A stretch of 64,000 bases of DNA, taken from the NCBI RefSeq assembly GCF_037042905.1, contig NC_087252.1, positions 22,260,001 to 22,324,000 on the forward strand, in the 5' to 3' direction. A program made the position numbers and the translations under genes. The notes beneath the pieces were generated by a model. It had not been told where the DNA came from, ran no database searches, and saw only the letters and a list, made by a program, of their open reading frames with translations. The stretch comes from Lytechinus pictus (lineage: Eukaryota). Of the stretch, positions 13,901 to 25,834 are shown in pieces; position 1 is the first letter of the stretch; each line of letters begins with the position of its first letter.

Positions 13901-14870
13901 TCATGTGTTATGTCCATTTCGTTTATCAGTTTACTCTTGACTTTTCGACTTTGATCGTGATTTGTTTTGTTTTGGTTTCCGATCATTAGATACCATGTCC
14001 GATCTTCGGTCATCTGATCTACGATTCTGTTTACGACTAAGATCTTTTTTTTTCGATTTACGACAGAATTTGGCCCAGTGGCCCTTGGTGTCACAGGCAG
14101 GGCACTCATCGTCATACGCAGGGCACTGACGAGGTTTGTGGAAATGTTCGCAGTTACCACACACTTTTCGTCCCTGGTTACGCTTGAACGAATCAATATT
14201 CTGTTTAGGGTCTGGTGTCTCAAGACATTGTCTGCTCGCAGCGACTGCCTCGTATTTATACGACCTTCTACCAAAATTTGTTCGACCTTGTAACCTTTCG
14301 GTTGATCTAGCAATGACTTTTGGAATTCGAGACTTGGGAGTTGACGCAATCACTAGCTCCATGATTCGCTCATTTAACTCAGCTCCTCGAAATCGCAATT
14401 TGTGGCTTTGTCCCTACACCTGGTTACGAATTCATCGATCGTTTCATCTGGTTTCTGCCTGTACCACATTAGCTCTAAGCAGTGTGTGCGAAAATTGATA
14501 GTCTCCATAGCTCTTGCGGCTTTTCTTTATCTGTCTCTGATAAGCCCCGATGCATTGATTTGACGCAAGCCTTCATTGCCTACAGCAATCTTGATTTTTA
14601 TAGCCACTTTTCTCTGATCATGCAGTTATGTCTTGGTCTGCTAGAATCAGCTCAATTTTTTGTCTGAAAAGCTGGAACTCTTCGGGAAGGTATGTTGCCT
14701 CCCAGTTCATTTCTGGATATTTTCCACTACTCATTGTGTATGTTCGCTGTACGTATTAGGTATTTAAACCAACGAGTGTAGATATTAATGTCTGATTATA
14801 TCCACGTGTGATCGCTCCTTACAGTAACAGGTCGACTGGTGATGATACCTGTAACGCACTCACAGCCTTG
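10960..14870 (-). mobile_element. Decayed Gypsy/Ty3 LTR retrotransposon, copy 1 (5' LTR missing)
   Basis: gag start MSSGKYPEMNWEA at 14734. Zinc knuckles CGNCEHFHKPRQC..CPAC...GHWAKFC, RNase H (DAS, YSNIERE, TDHRPL) and integrase (MFWPNINKDI..CETC, PWTRLGTDLF, SPAEMLFGR, RRNRSHLR). Polypurine tract gagaagaaggggg is followed by the LTR start TGTTACG at 11119. The distal LTR end was not located. Confidence 0.9.
11577..14734 (-). pseudogene. Gypsy gag-pol pseudogene, copy 1
   Basis: Domains are split over several frames by frameshifts. Most of the RT domain is deleted near 13540. Confidence 0.88.
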
Positions 14871-16385
14871 TAGTAGACTTGTTAATTGCAAAAAAAGGGG
14901 TGAACGCTGCATTTTTTAGTACAAATGTCCCACTTGGCACAAATGTTCCTTGAGTCAAAAGAAAAAGATTCATCCAAAGAGACACGCTGTATCTATGCAA
15001 ATAAGCAAGTAATTTGCGTAAATTTGCATATTATGTCGATATAGTGAAAACAAGTATTTAAGAATATACATTTAACCAGAACTGCCCTAAAATTGGAAAT
15101 AAAGAGTTAGGGTAAGAAATGGGAAGAAATTTGGCATAAAATGATTGAGATATCCTTGTTTATTATTACCTAATTTGCATAAATTATGCAAATTATAATT
15201 CAAAACAGAGTACTTTTTCATGAATCCTCAACTGTTTTATAAATAACAGCAATTAATACACAATGTTAACATTCTACATGAAAGAGAATATATTAGCACA
15301 AACATCGATATGCTTCATGACAGTATTAGTGTCTTAATTTGCTTAGAAAGAGGGCAAACATGTCAAAATGTATGACGTGATATTGCGCTAAAACGAGACC
15401 AAACAACCTCTATGTCACAGTCACACTCACGAATCCGACAAGAAAGCGATCAATGGTATGTCATTCGAAATAACACAATCCCAACACGATAACTTCCATC
15501 GGCTTCTCGTATCGCTTTTGTTGGTGTGTCTGCCACACCGTAATCTATGATATATACGGGCAAAATGCATTTCGGTATCACCATTTCTTTTATTTGTTTC
15601 TAATTTGTTTCTCTTGGAAAGTTTACAGGAGACATTGCTTTGCATGTTACTGCTTTAATGAAGCTTTGGCACATGAATCATGACGAATGTACCCCACCTC
15701 AATCCATATTTTAACTTTATAAAAATCTATATCTTTGGGAGACCCCGAAGTGGCAAAACTGCATTCCCCCGGCATTCCCGCTACTTTACAAAACCAGTTT
15801 GACTTGCATTATCGACTTGGAAAAGACGCATGTATGAGACACCAGTCAACATGTTTCCTAAAGAAAGTTTTGTTGTTTATTTAAGCCTTCGCCCATGGGA
15901 GCCCTCCGAATTTACCCCATCCCTTCTCCTTGTTTTGACACTAAATAATAAAAAAAATATCGTGTTTTAAAGCCATCGGCAACGCAACTTGCGTTTATTG
16001 GTCTAATAAAGCAACTTTTTTGTCTATTTTTTTATCAATATTATTATTATTATAATGATTATTATTACTACTATTATTATTATCATTATTATTATTATTA
16101 TTATTATTATTGTTCTGCAGTTTGTAATGATGCTCTAGCATAGTAAAGGCTATAACCCAACAGAAGCATGCCTAGGATACCCTTTCCTCTTTTGGTTTTA
16201 TGTATTAAAAAATAGTTTATTGTCTTTAGAACTCTTAAAAGATTACTTTTGTTTGTATTGATATCTTGGAATAGATTGAGGAGAAAATACTCTACGATTG
16301 TTATGTAGAGGAGCTGTGGTACATTGAAGAAATGCCACACGTAAGCTCTAAACTACTCAAAGCCCTTTATTGATTCCACTCTATA

Positions 16386-19300
16386 TAGTAGACTTGTTAA
16401 CTGCAAAAAAAGGGGTGAACGCTGCATTTTTTAGTACAAATGTCCCACTTGGCACAAATGTTCCTTGAGTCAAAAGAAAAGGATTCATCCAAAGAGACAC
16501 GCTGTATCTATGCAAATAAGCAAGTAATTTGCATAAATTTGCATATTATGTCGATATAGTAAAAACAAGTATTTCAGAATATATTTTTAACCAGAACTGC
16601 CCTAAAATTGGAAATAAAGACTTAGGGTAAGAAAGGGAAGAAAATTGTCATAAAATAATTGGGATATCCTTGTTTATTATTACCTAATTAACATAAATTA
16701 TGCAAATTATAATTTAAAACAAAGTATTTTTTCATGAATCCTGAACTGTTTTATAAATAACAGCAATTAATACACAATGTCAACATTCTACATGAAAGAG
16801 AATGTATTAGCGAAAACATCGATATGCTTCATGACAGTATATTAGTGTCTTAATTCGCTTAGAAAGAGGGCAAATATGTCAAAATGTATGACGTGATATT
16901 GCGCTAAAACGAGACCAAAACAATCTCTATGTCACAGTCACACTCACGAATCGGACAATAAAGCGATCAATGGTATGTCATTCGAGATAACACAATCTCA
17001 ACACAATAGCTTCCATCGGCTTCTCGTATCGCTTTTGTTGGTGTGTCTGCCACACCGTAATCTATGGTATATACGGGCAAAATGCATTTCGGTATCGGTA
17101 AAACACTATTAATTTTGTTTTATTTGTTTCTAATTTGTTTCTCTTGGAAAATTTACAGGAGACATTGCTTTGCAGGTTATTGCTTTAATGAAGCTCTGGC
17201 ACATGAATCATGACGAATGTACCCCACCTCAATCCATATTTTAACTTTGTTAAAATATATATCTTTTGGAGACCCCGAAGTGGCAAAACTGCATTCCCCG
17301 CGGCATTCCCGCTACTTTACAAAACCAGTTTGACTTGTATTATCGACTTGGAAAAGACAGATGTATGAGACATCAGTTAACATGTTTCCAGAAGATAGTT
17401 TTTTTTTTAATTTAAGCCTACGTCCATGGGAGCCCTCCGAATTTACCCCATCCCCTCTCTGTATTTCGACACTAAATAAAAAAAATATCGTGTTTTAAAG
17501 CCACCGGCAAGGCAAATTGCGTTTTTGGTATAATAAAGCAACTTTTATATCTATATTTCATATTTATCTATATTAATATTATTATTATCATTAATATTAT
17601 TATTATTGGCATCATTATTATTATTGTTGTTGTTTTGCAGTTTGTAATAATGCTCTAGCACAGTAAAGGCTATAACCCAACAGGAGCATGCCTAGGATAC
17701 CCTTTCCCCTTTTGGTTTTATGTATTCAAAAATAGTTTATTGTCTTTAGAACTCATATCTTGGAATAGATTGAGGTGAAAATACTCTACAATTGACATGT
17801 AGAAGAGCTGTGGTACATTGAAGAAAAGCCACACGTAAGCTCTAAAATACCCCTTTATTGATTCCACTGTATGTTAAATTTAAATATTTTTAGAGTCCAT
17901 TCGGAAGAAAGATACATTTCTACTACACACAGTAAAGCCTCTTTACTTTCTCCTCTTGAAAAAAAAAACATAGAAGGCATTGTTTTATATCGCATAAAAT
18001 AAGTTCGTGTACATGACGGTGGCCTGTCGAAGTTGCCCAACCCTTTATTTTGTTTTGACAATATATATTTAGAATATCGTTTGAATGAAGCCCTCATCTG
18101 GAAAAGGGCACTTAATAAAGGCAGCATCTACATTATATAGAGGAGGCCCTGGTACTTGGAAGCGGGGGCTGAAGCACCCGCAAGATTTTTCTGAAGGGGG
18201 GGGGGGCTGTGCTGCGTGTGTTATTCTCCATAGACAGCACCCCCTGGAATTCCAGCAGATGTGACAAAACGAAAAAAAGAAACGTTACCAAAAAAAAAAC
18301 CCTTCATTTTGTTGTGCAATCCATTTTGTTTATTTGCTTGTTAAATTTCTTGATGTAAATTTGAAAAGCAAAAAAGTTTCAATGTAAAATTTTGGTCCGA
18401 AGAAATTTAACAAGCTTCAGCCCCCTCTTCCCAGTGCCAGGGCCTCCTCTATATAATGTAGATGCTGCCTTTAATATGTGCCCTTTTCCAGATGAGGGTT
18501 TCATTTAGACGATATTCTAAATATATATTGTCGAAACAAAATAAACGGTTGGGCAACTTCGACAGGCCACCGTCACGTACACGAACTTATTTTATGAGCT
18601 ATAAAACAGTGCCTTCCATGTTGGTTTTTTTTTCAAGAGGAGAATGCAAAGAGGCTTTACTTTGTGTAGTAGAAATGCATCTTTTCCCGATTGGGCTCTA
18701 AAAATATTTAAATTTAACATAGAGTGGAATCAATAAAGGGCTGTGTGGCTGTTCTTCAATGTACCACAGCTCCTCTACATGTCAGTTGTAGAGTATTTTC
18801 TCCTCAATCTATTCCAAGATATCAATACAAAAAAAAAGTAATCTTTTAAGAGTTCTAAAGACAATAAACTATTTTTGAATACATAAAACCAAAAAGGGAG
18901 AGGGTATCCTAGGCATGCTCCGTTGGGTTATAGCCTTTACTGTGCTAGAGCACTATTACAAATGGCAGAACAATAATAATAATAATAACAGTAACAATAA
19001 TAATGATAATAATAATATTAATAATAATTATAATAATATCAATAATGATGAATGTAAATATAAAAATATAGATATAAAAGTTGCTTTATTATTATTCCAA
19101 AAAACACAATTTGCCTTGCCGATGGTTTTAAAACACGAGATTTTTTTATTTAAAGTCGAAATACGGAGAGGGGATGGGGTAAATTCGGAGGGCTCCCGTG
19201 GGCGTAGGCCTAAATAAACAAAAAAAAACTTTCTTCAGGAAACATGTTGACTGATGTCTCATACATCTGTCTTTTCCAAGTCGATTATACAAGTCAAACT

Positions 19301-20207
19301 GGTTTTGTAAAGTGGCGCGATGCAGTTTTGCCACCTCGGGGTCTCCAAAAAGTTAATAAAGTTAAAATATGGATTGAGGTAGGATACATTCGTCATGATT
19401 CATGTGCCAGAGTTTCGTTAAAGCAGTAGCCTGCAAAGCAATGTCTCCTGTAAATTTTCCAAGAGAAACAAATTAGAAACAAATAAAACAAAATTAATAG
19501 TGTTTTACCGATACCGAAATGCATTTTGTCCGTATGTATCATAGATTACGGTGTGGCAGACACACCAACAAAAGCGATACGAGAAGCCGATGGAAGCTAT
19601 TGTGTTGAGATTGTGTTATCTCGAATGACATACCATTGATCGCTTTATTGTCCGATTCGTGAGTGTGACTGTGACATAGAGATTGTTTTGGTCTCGTTTT
19701 AGCGCAATATCACGTCATACATTTTGACATATTTGCCCTCTTTCTAAGCAAATTAAGACACTAATACTGTCATGAAGCATATCGATGTTTTCGCTAATAC
19801 ATTCTCTTTCATGTAGAATGTTGACATTGTGTATTAGTTGCTGTTTTTTAAAAGCAGTTCAGGATTCACGAAAAAATACTCTGTTTTAAATTATAATTTG
19901 CATAATTTATGTAAATTAGGTAATAATAAACAAGGATATCCCAATTATTTCATGACAATTTTCTTTCCTTTCTTACCCTAAGTCTTTATTTCCAATTTTA
20001 GGGCAGTTCTGATTAAATATATATTCTGAAATACTTGTTTTTACTATATCGACATAATATGCAAATTTATGCAAATTACTTGCTTATTTGCATAGATACA
20101 GCGTGTCTCTTTGGATGAATCTTTTTCTTTTGACTCAAGGAACATTTGGGCCAAGTAGGACATTTGTAATAAAAAATGCAGCGTTCAACCTCTTAACAAG
20201 TCTACTA
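16386..20207. mobile_element. Complete non-autonomous Academ-like foldback transposon (3822 bp, ~1.8-kb arms, 3-bp TSD ATA)
   Basis: Termini TAGTAGACTTGTTAA / TTAACAAGTCTACTA. Arms 16386-18175 and 18414-20207. ata flanks both ends, and the empty site cactct-ata-tttttagag is seen at ~31271-31288. TAG...CTA ends with a 3-bp TSD fit Academ. Confidence 0.85.
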
Positions 20208-20945
20208 ATATTTTTAGAGCCCAATCGGAAGAAAGATGCATTTCTATATACTGCACAGTAAAGCCGCTTTATGTTCTCCTCTTGGAAAAAAACATAGAAG
20301 GCATTGTTTAATATCGCATAAAATAAGTTCGTGTATATGACCATGATGACGGTGGCCTGTCGAAGTTGCCCAACCCTTTATTTTGCTTTGACAATACATA
20401 TTTAGAACATCGTCTTAATGAAGCCCTCATTCTGGAAAAGGGCACTTATTAAAGGCAGCATCTACATTACAGGCCCTAGCACTGGGATGCGGGGGCTGAA
20501 GCACCCGGAAGATTTTCGGGGGGGGGGGGTGTGCTGCGTGTATTATTCTCCATATACATCACCCCCCGGCAGATGTGACAAAACGAAAAAAAAAAGGAAA
20601 CGTTACCAAAATATCCTTTTTGTCTATTTGCTTGTTAAATTTCTTGATGTAAATTTGAAATGCAAAAAAAGGTTCAATGTAAAATTTTGGTCCCAGGAAA
20701 TTTAACAAGCAAATAAACAAAAAGGATTGCACTACAAAATGAAGGTTATTTTGGTAACTTTTTTTTTTTCGGTTTTGTCACAACTGCCGGAATTTCAGGG
20801 GGTGCTGCCCTTTTCCAGATGAGGGCTTCATGTAGACGATATTCTAAATATATATTGTCAAAACAAAATAAAGGGTTGAGCAACTTTGACAGGCCACCTC
20901 ATGTACACGAACTTATTTTATGCGATATAAAACAATGCCTTCTAT

Positions 20946-20980
<35 letters not shown>

Positions 20981-21020
20981 GGGGGGGGGGTTTTCAAAAG
21001 GAGAAGGTAAAGCGGCTTTA

Positions 21021-22369
21021 CTGGGTGCCAGGTAAAAATGGCAGAGGTATTATTGGCAGAGGTAACAATGGCCGAGGTAACAATGGCCGAGGTAAAAATG
21101 GCCGAGGTAAAAATGGCAGAAGTAAAAATGACAGAGGTAAAAAATGTCAGAGGTAAAAAAGGCAGAGGTAATAATGGCAGAGATAATAATAGCAGAGGTA
21201 AAAATGGCAGAGGTAAAAAGAGCAGAGGCATAAATGACAAGAGGTAAATTTTTCTACAATTTTAAAGAACAGATATTCTTTTAAGAAGGGGAAACAGTTT
21301 TATTACAATAAATTTGTAAGGGTACACGCACAAAATACCAATTTTCTGTAATTTTACACAAATGTATGTAAGATTACACAGTGCAGTAAGATTAGAGGTG
21401 TTCTCCAGACTCTGTTGCAGGAATTTTTTATTTTTAAGTATAAATTTTCTAACAACGTAAAAAATGTCGGAGTTGAAAATGGCAAAGGTAAAGATGGTAG
21501 AGGCAAATATTAAAGAGATAAGGGGTGCTGGTTTGTTAACAAGCCGGGAAAAAAAATTCATTCCAAAATGAAAGGGGATTTGGTTAAGGGGGAAATGACA
21601 CAAACAATTATTTCAACTAAATAAAGTTCTTTTAGGTCAGAAAAAGAAGTACAACAAAAATAATAACAATTAGATAATAAACAATGTTTTTTCTTCTATT
21701 TGAACAATAATAGAGATTTGTATCAAATCTCTACATTTTAGTATTCCTAGCTGATTACCAAGAGGGTGCTGCTTATGGTGTACAAAATACCCAACAGCAC
21801 TTCCGCTTCCAAGGGTTATGACCATCAAGGCGTTTATATCACATTGGATGCAGTGGTAAAGGTTCAGGGTCTTCTTTTGTGCAAAGAATCTGAACCAGAC
21901 GGTCCCCCTCGATCGACCCCAAATTGGTCCCAATCAGAACAAGATTATTATTGATTTTGATAATCAGTTACATATTCAGTGCCAAGCCTGAACGCATGCT
22001 TTTTGTCATTCAAATATTTAAAAAGAATAGTACAGACGACATTACAAATAAGGACATGATATTTAACCACAATCATTCGTGACAATTTCAAAGTCTAAGC
22101 TTTCCCCGCTATGTTCTTTATGTTTTTCCCCTCTCTGTCTCTCCAACTATTTTATGTCTACTCTTCCTCTTTTTAGCAAAACTTTAGAAATAAAAACAAC
22201 AGCCAGACAAAAAGGAATGTTATAAAATGATAAATGAGAATGGTGCAGTTTCATTTTGCTTCTGATAAATTGAATGAAAAAATATCTGTCGTTTGATTTC
22301 TTTTTAAAAAGCCTTCACGGTACACCTCCAACGAATTCGTAAACAGCATTGTTAGGCCGATGAAGACAT
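21021..22369. mobile_element. Left part of MULE-like element with 15-bp subterminal repeats, copy 1
   Basis: ctgggtg start and (ggcagaggtaaaaat)n array at 21030-21250. Matches 32071-33386. Confidence 0.7.
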
Positions 22370-23185
22370 TTTTTTTTTTTTGTATTGAGGGAGAGTGGAA
22401 ATACTCTCATTTATTTCTTTCAATAATATATACATGTAAACACATACAAATATCATACATTATTATACAATATTTTGAACATAAATATACAAATATAATC
22501 ATGAAACATTAAGATAAGATTTGAAGAAAAAAAAAATGAAAGAAAAAGGTATCCCAAAAAGCCTCAAAGGCTTGCAAAAAGGGAAACCAAGAATAAAAAC
22601 ATAAGAATGGTTATAAAAATAATTTACAAATAGAACAGAGTACCGGAATGCGTCGCAGTAATAGTAATATTAGATTGCAATGATCGGCAGGCACGTCGTC
22701 AGTATTTTCTTTCAAACCAAAACACTAAAGACACGCCAGCCGGTCACTAAGTGAATCATTAAGAAAAAAAAAAGAATATTGCTGCGACGCCACATTCCGG
22801 CCCTCTAAAATGCCGAGTGGAAAACTGTATAACGGTTATTTAGGTTGGAGAGGAAGAATTTTTTCAATCGTTTTTTAAAAAGTGAATTGAATTGTGTGTG
22901 TTGAATTTCAGGAGGCAAGGAATTCCAAATAATGGGACCAAGATGACGGACTGACTTTGAGAGATTATTGGTTTCTGTTTTCCAGAGGTGAAAGTTGGTT
23001 GACTGTCGGGTAGAATAAGAATGAACATTCACATTTAAACAAAACATTTGAGTTAGATAGGGAGGGAGACGTTTGGTAAAAAACTTTTGCATCAATGAAG
23101 CAACCGATAATTTGTTAGAGTCATACACATTCAATGTTGAAAAACGGCGAAATAAGGGTAGGGAAGAAGCTAGGTAATGGGCATA
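22369..23185 (-). mobile_element. 5'-truncated L2/Crack/CR1-group LINE fragment with poly(A)
   Basis: ORF2 C-terminus (AHYLASSLPLF...HSYSTRQ...GPIIWNSLP...FKKRLK, stop at 22805), then 3' UTR, AATAAA (tttatt 22410-22415) and an A13 tail (T run 22369-22381). Confidence 0.85.
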
Positions 23186-25063
23186 AAATGAAATCCATGT
23201 CATTTTCACCCAATTTTGTACAGAGTTACTTTAGCACCTAGTTATTCCAAATATGTAAAAATTATTACGGGTTCATGTGCTTATTTTTTTATATCGAGCT
23301 TCGTTCACCGATTAGCAAGGTATCGAGAAAATACGCAATAGAATTTTTTTTTGCATTTCTAAACCCCACGAGATGACAACGTAGAGTGTACTCAAAGTCT
23401 CTATTACTCCGTCAAAATCCATCTAAATTTCACCAAATTATATGTTATTGTTCAAAAATATATCCTCAGGATAAAGAATCCACGCGTATTGCTCTTCTTA
23501 CTAACACCTTCAATTTTAAACATATGGTTTGAAAGGCGACACAAATTTGTCTAAAAAAATATATAACAAATTGAAGAAGTACAATAAATGATGTACTTTG
23601 TTTAAAACCCATGAGCAATTCCACGATAACACCGTGACACTTTTCATACATCAACTGTGAATTTTTTTTTAACAAGATGTCATACTTGAGATTTAACTTT
23701 TGTCATCATTCTATGACTAGCATCACAAACTACTTTCAAAGCACAGAAGGAATAAAAAATAAAATAATTAATTAGTAATGCCCAATTTATTACCACCTTG
23801 ACACACACAAAAAAAACGACATGCATTTTTGAATGTTTTGCTTCCTGTCCAAACTCTGTGAAGTTAATGAATATTGCACGAACTTGCTATTCTCATTAGG
23901 TGTAGTAAAGACTTGATTAAAAAGAATTAGGAAAAAAATATTTATTAGCATGACGATGATGGCATACATTGTAAACAACTGCACTGTAACAGAGTGACTG
24001 TAACACCGTGACTTCTGAACTGCGTGTACAAAACCTTTGGATAATCTTGTAATCTTTAGAACTCATAGTATTACTCCTCTATGTGCTATGTATCAATCAT
24101 AATCTCTCCTAAGAGGATGCTTTCATCCGTACACATTAAGTGAAAGGGATTGAATGCTATATCTGACACAAAAGGTTAAGTGCATCAGTGTGTATGGCAC
24201 TTGAAGTAGAAACAAGGTAAAATAAAGATTGTTTAATTATAAATAATAAAAATAATTAAAACTTTACAATGTAACACCGTGACATTTTAATTTCATATTA
24301 CTTTATAAAAGTTAATTATTGACTGTAGATTTAAAGACATAATTTCTATTTGCAATGTTGAAAGCTTTTAATTGTAGATTAGGGAATATTTTTTATGGAG
24401 TTTACAAAGAAACTTACATTACTGTAGGCCTAATTAACTTTAATATTTTTAATTCCCGTTAATCAGCATTGGGAAAACTGAAGAAAAAAAAACATTATTT
24501 TTGCTTGTCCCTAATAACAGGATAAAAGAAATGTGCAAAATTGTTAAAAATTTATAAGAATACAACTAAAATGGATAAATGACAATAATCATGAGTTAAT
24601 TTATACTATTGCTTCATGATTCATGAACAGTAATGTTACTAGATTTTACATTTAAGACTCAATACATTAGTGTAATCTTTTGCACTGAACTTATTAATAA
24701 TAAGTCATGTCTAGAATTATGATTCATACATATGTATGTATATTTTACACTCAGGCTAAGTCAAAATGTTTGATCGCTGTTAAAATGACGGTTAAAAAAA
24801 GAATTACTGTGTGACTGTGCCTAAAATGTTGGTGAAATCTCACATCTTTTAAGTCATGAACTTAGTATCTATTTTCCACATTTCCTTGAAATTATTTTTA
24901 TTTAGTTAATACCTTTATCAAGAAAATGAAGAAGACATGTACATGTAGGCCTAACCGGGGAGGCCTAATTCCCCTTTTTACTCTAAAATATCATTTTCAG
25001 TTGACGATTACTTATCTACCTACATGAAAGTCTACACGTGGGACCACAATATATAGTCCCACA

Positions 25064-25290
25064 CAGTGGCGTACCTAGGATTTTCCACAGGGGGGGGGGG
25101 GGGGCAAAATCGGCCGCCAAAAAAATTGACAAGCAAAAAAAAAAGGGCTTCAAGCTCGTCAGGGGCGGGGGGGGCAATAAAGGTCTTAAAGCTCGTCAGG
25201 GGGGGGGAGGTCTTTCAAGCTCGTCAGGGGGGGGCAGAGATATGTTTTTTGTATGGGTTTTGGCTCGTCAGGTACGTAGGTACGCTTGTG
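25064..25290. mobile_element. hAT-like MITE, present only in copy 2
   Basis: cagtggcgtaccta ... taggtacgcttgtg. 8-bp TSD gtcccaca / gttcctca. Empty site gtcccaca at 10405-10412. Internal agctcgtcagg repeats. Confidence 0.8.
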
Positions 25291-25834
25291 GTTCCTCATA
25301 TTATACTGCATCATTTCTATAATTTGGCTAATCTTGTGTCTCCTTCCGTTTGTTTGCCGGCGCTTTTTTCCGTGGTTTTCCACTTAATCGAGCTCCTGGA
25401 ATTTTTTCTAAACATGGTTAAATTGTTCGCAGATTGTCATGAGGCGGTTTGTTTGTGGTATTTTGGTCGCATTATTTAATTTATTTTTTTTACAATTCGC
25501 AACTTTTTTGCATTCCTTTTCGCAGCCCAGAGTATAGCTTCGAAGTTCTCAGTAACTTTTACCTCTCACGGGTCAGCGAAATACGTGCAATCATGTCGAC
25601 CATCGACCGGGGAGCGAATATATTTTACATACATGGAAACGCTATGGTACATGAATTATTCATACGTTAGCTAAAAAACTGAAGTGCGCAGGCGCATGGA
25701 CTCTGCTGTAGTTCTAATGCCTCATGAATTTGTACATGAACAAATGGACGAGCCCATTCTTGTACATAAATTAATGGACTCCATCCCAATCTCCCCTCTT
25801 TCTCAAGTTTCGATTTCTCTCCCCCCCCCCCCTG

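Larger units (their letters stand above)
9023..22369 (+). repeat. Tandem segmental duplication, copy 1
   Basis: Colinear with 23679-33386 throughout, apart from copy-specific insertions and deletions and scattered substitutions. Confidence 0.95.
14871..22369. mobile_element. Academ-like foldback element, outer, copy 1 (truncated at the duplication junction)
   Basis: Starts tagtagacttgttaa and is homologous to 29775-33386. Interrupted by 16386-20207 and 21021-22369. Confidence 0.75.

Noticed and set aside
18915..19217. Poly-Asn ORF (also 30776-31030 and 33928-34239)
   Set aside because: These translate the (AAT)n microsatellite inside the Academ-like arms.
20899..21247. ORFs with MAEVK / GRGKN / TSAIF repeats (also 31880-32336 and 33510-33704)
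   Set aside because: Translations of the 15-bp subterminal DNA repeat, open in several frames on both strands.
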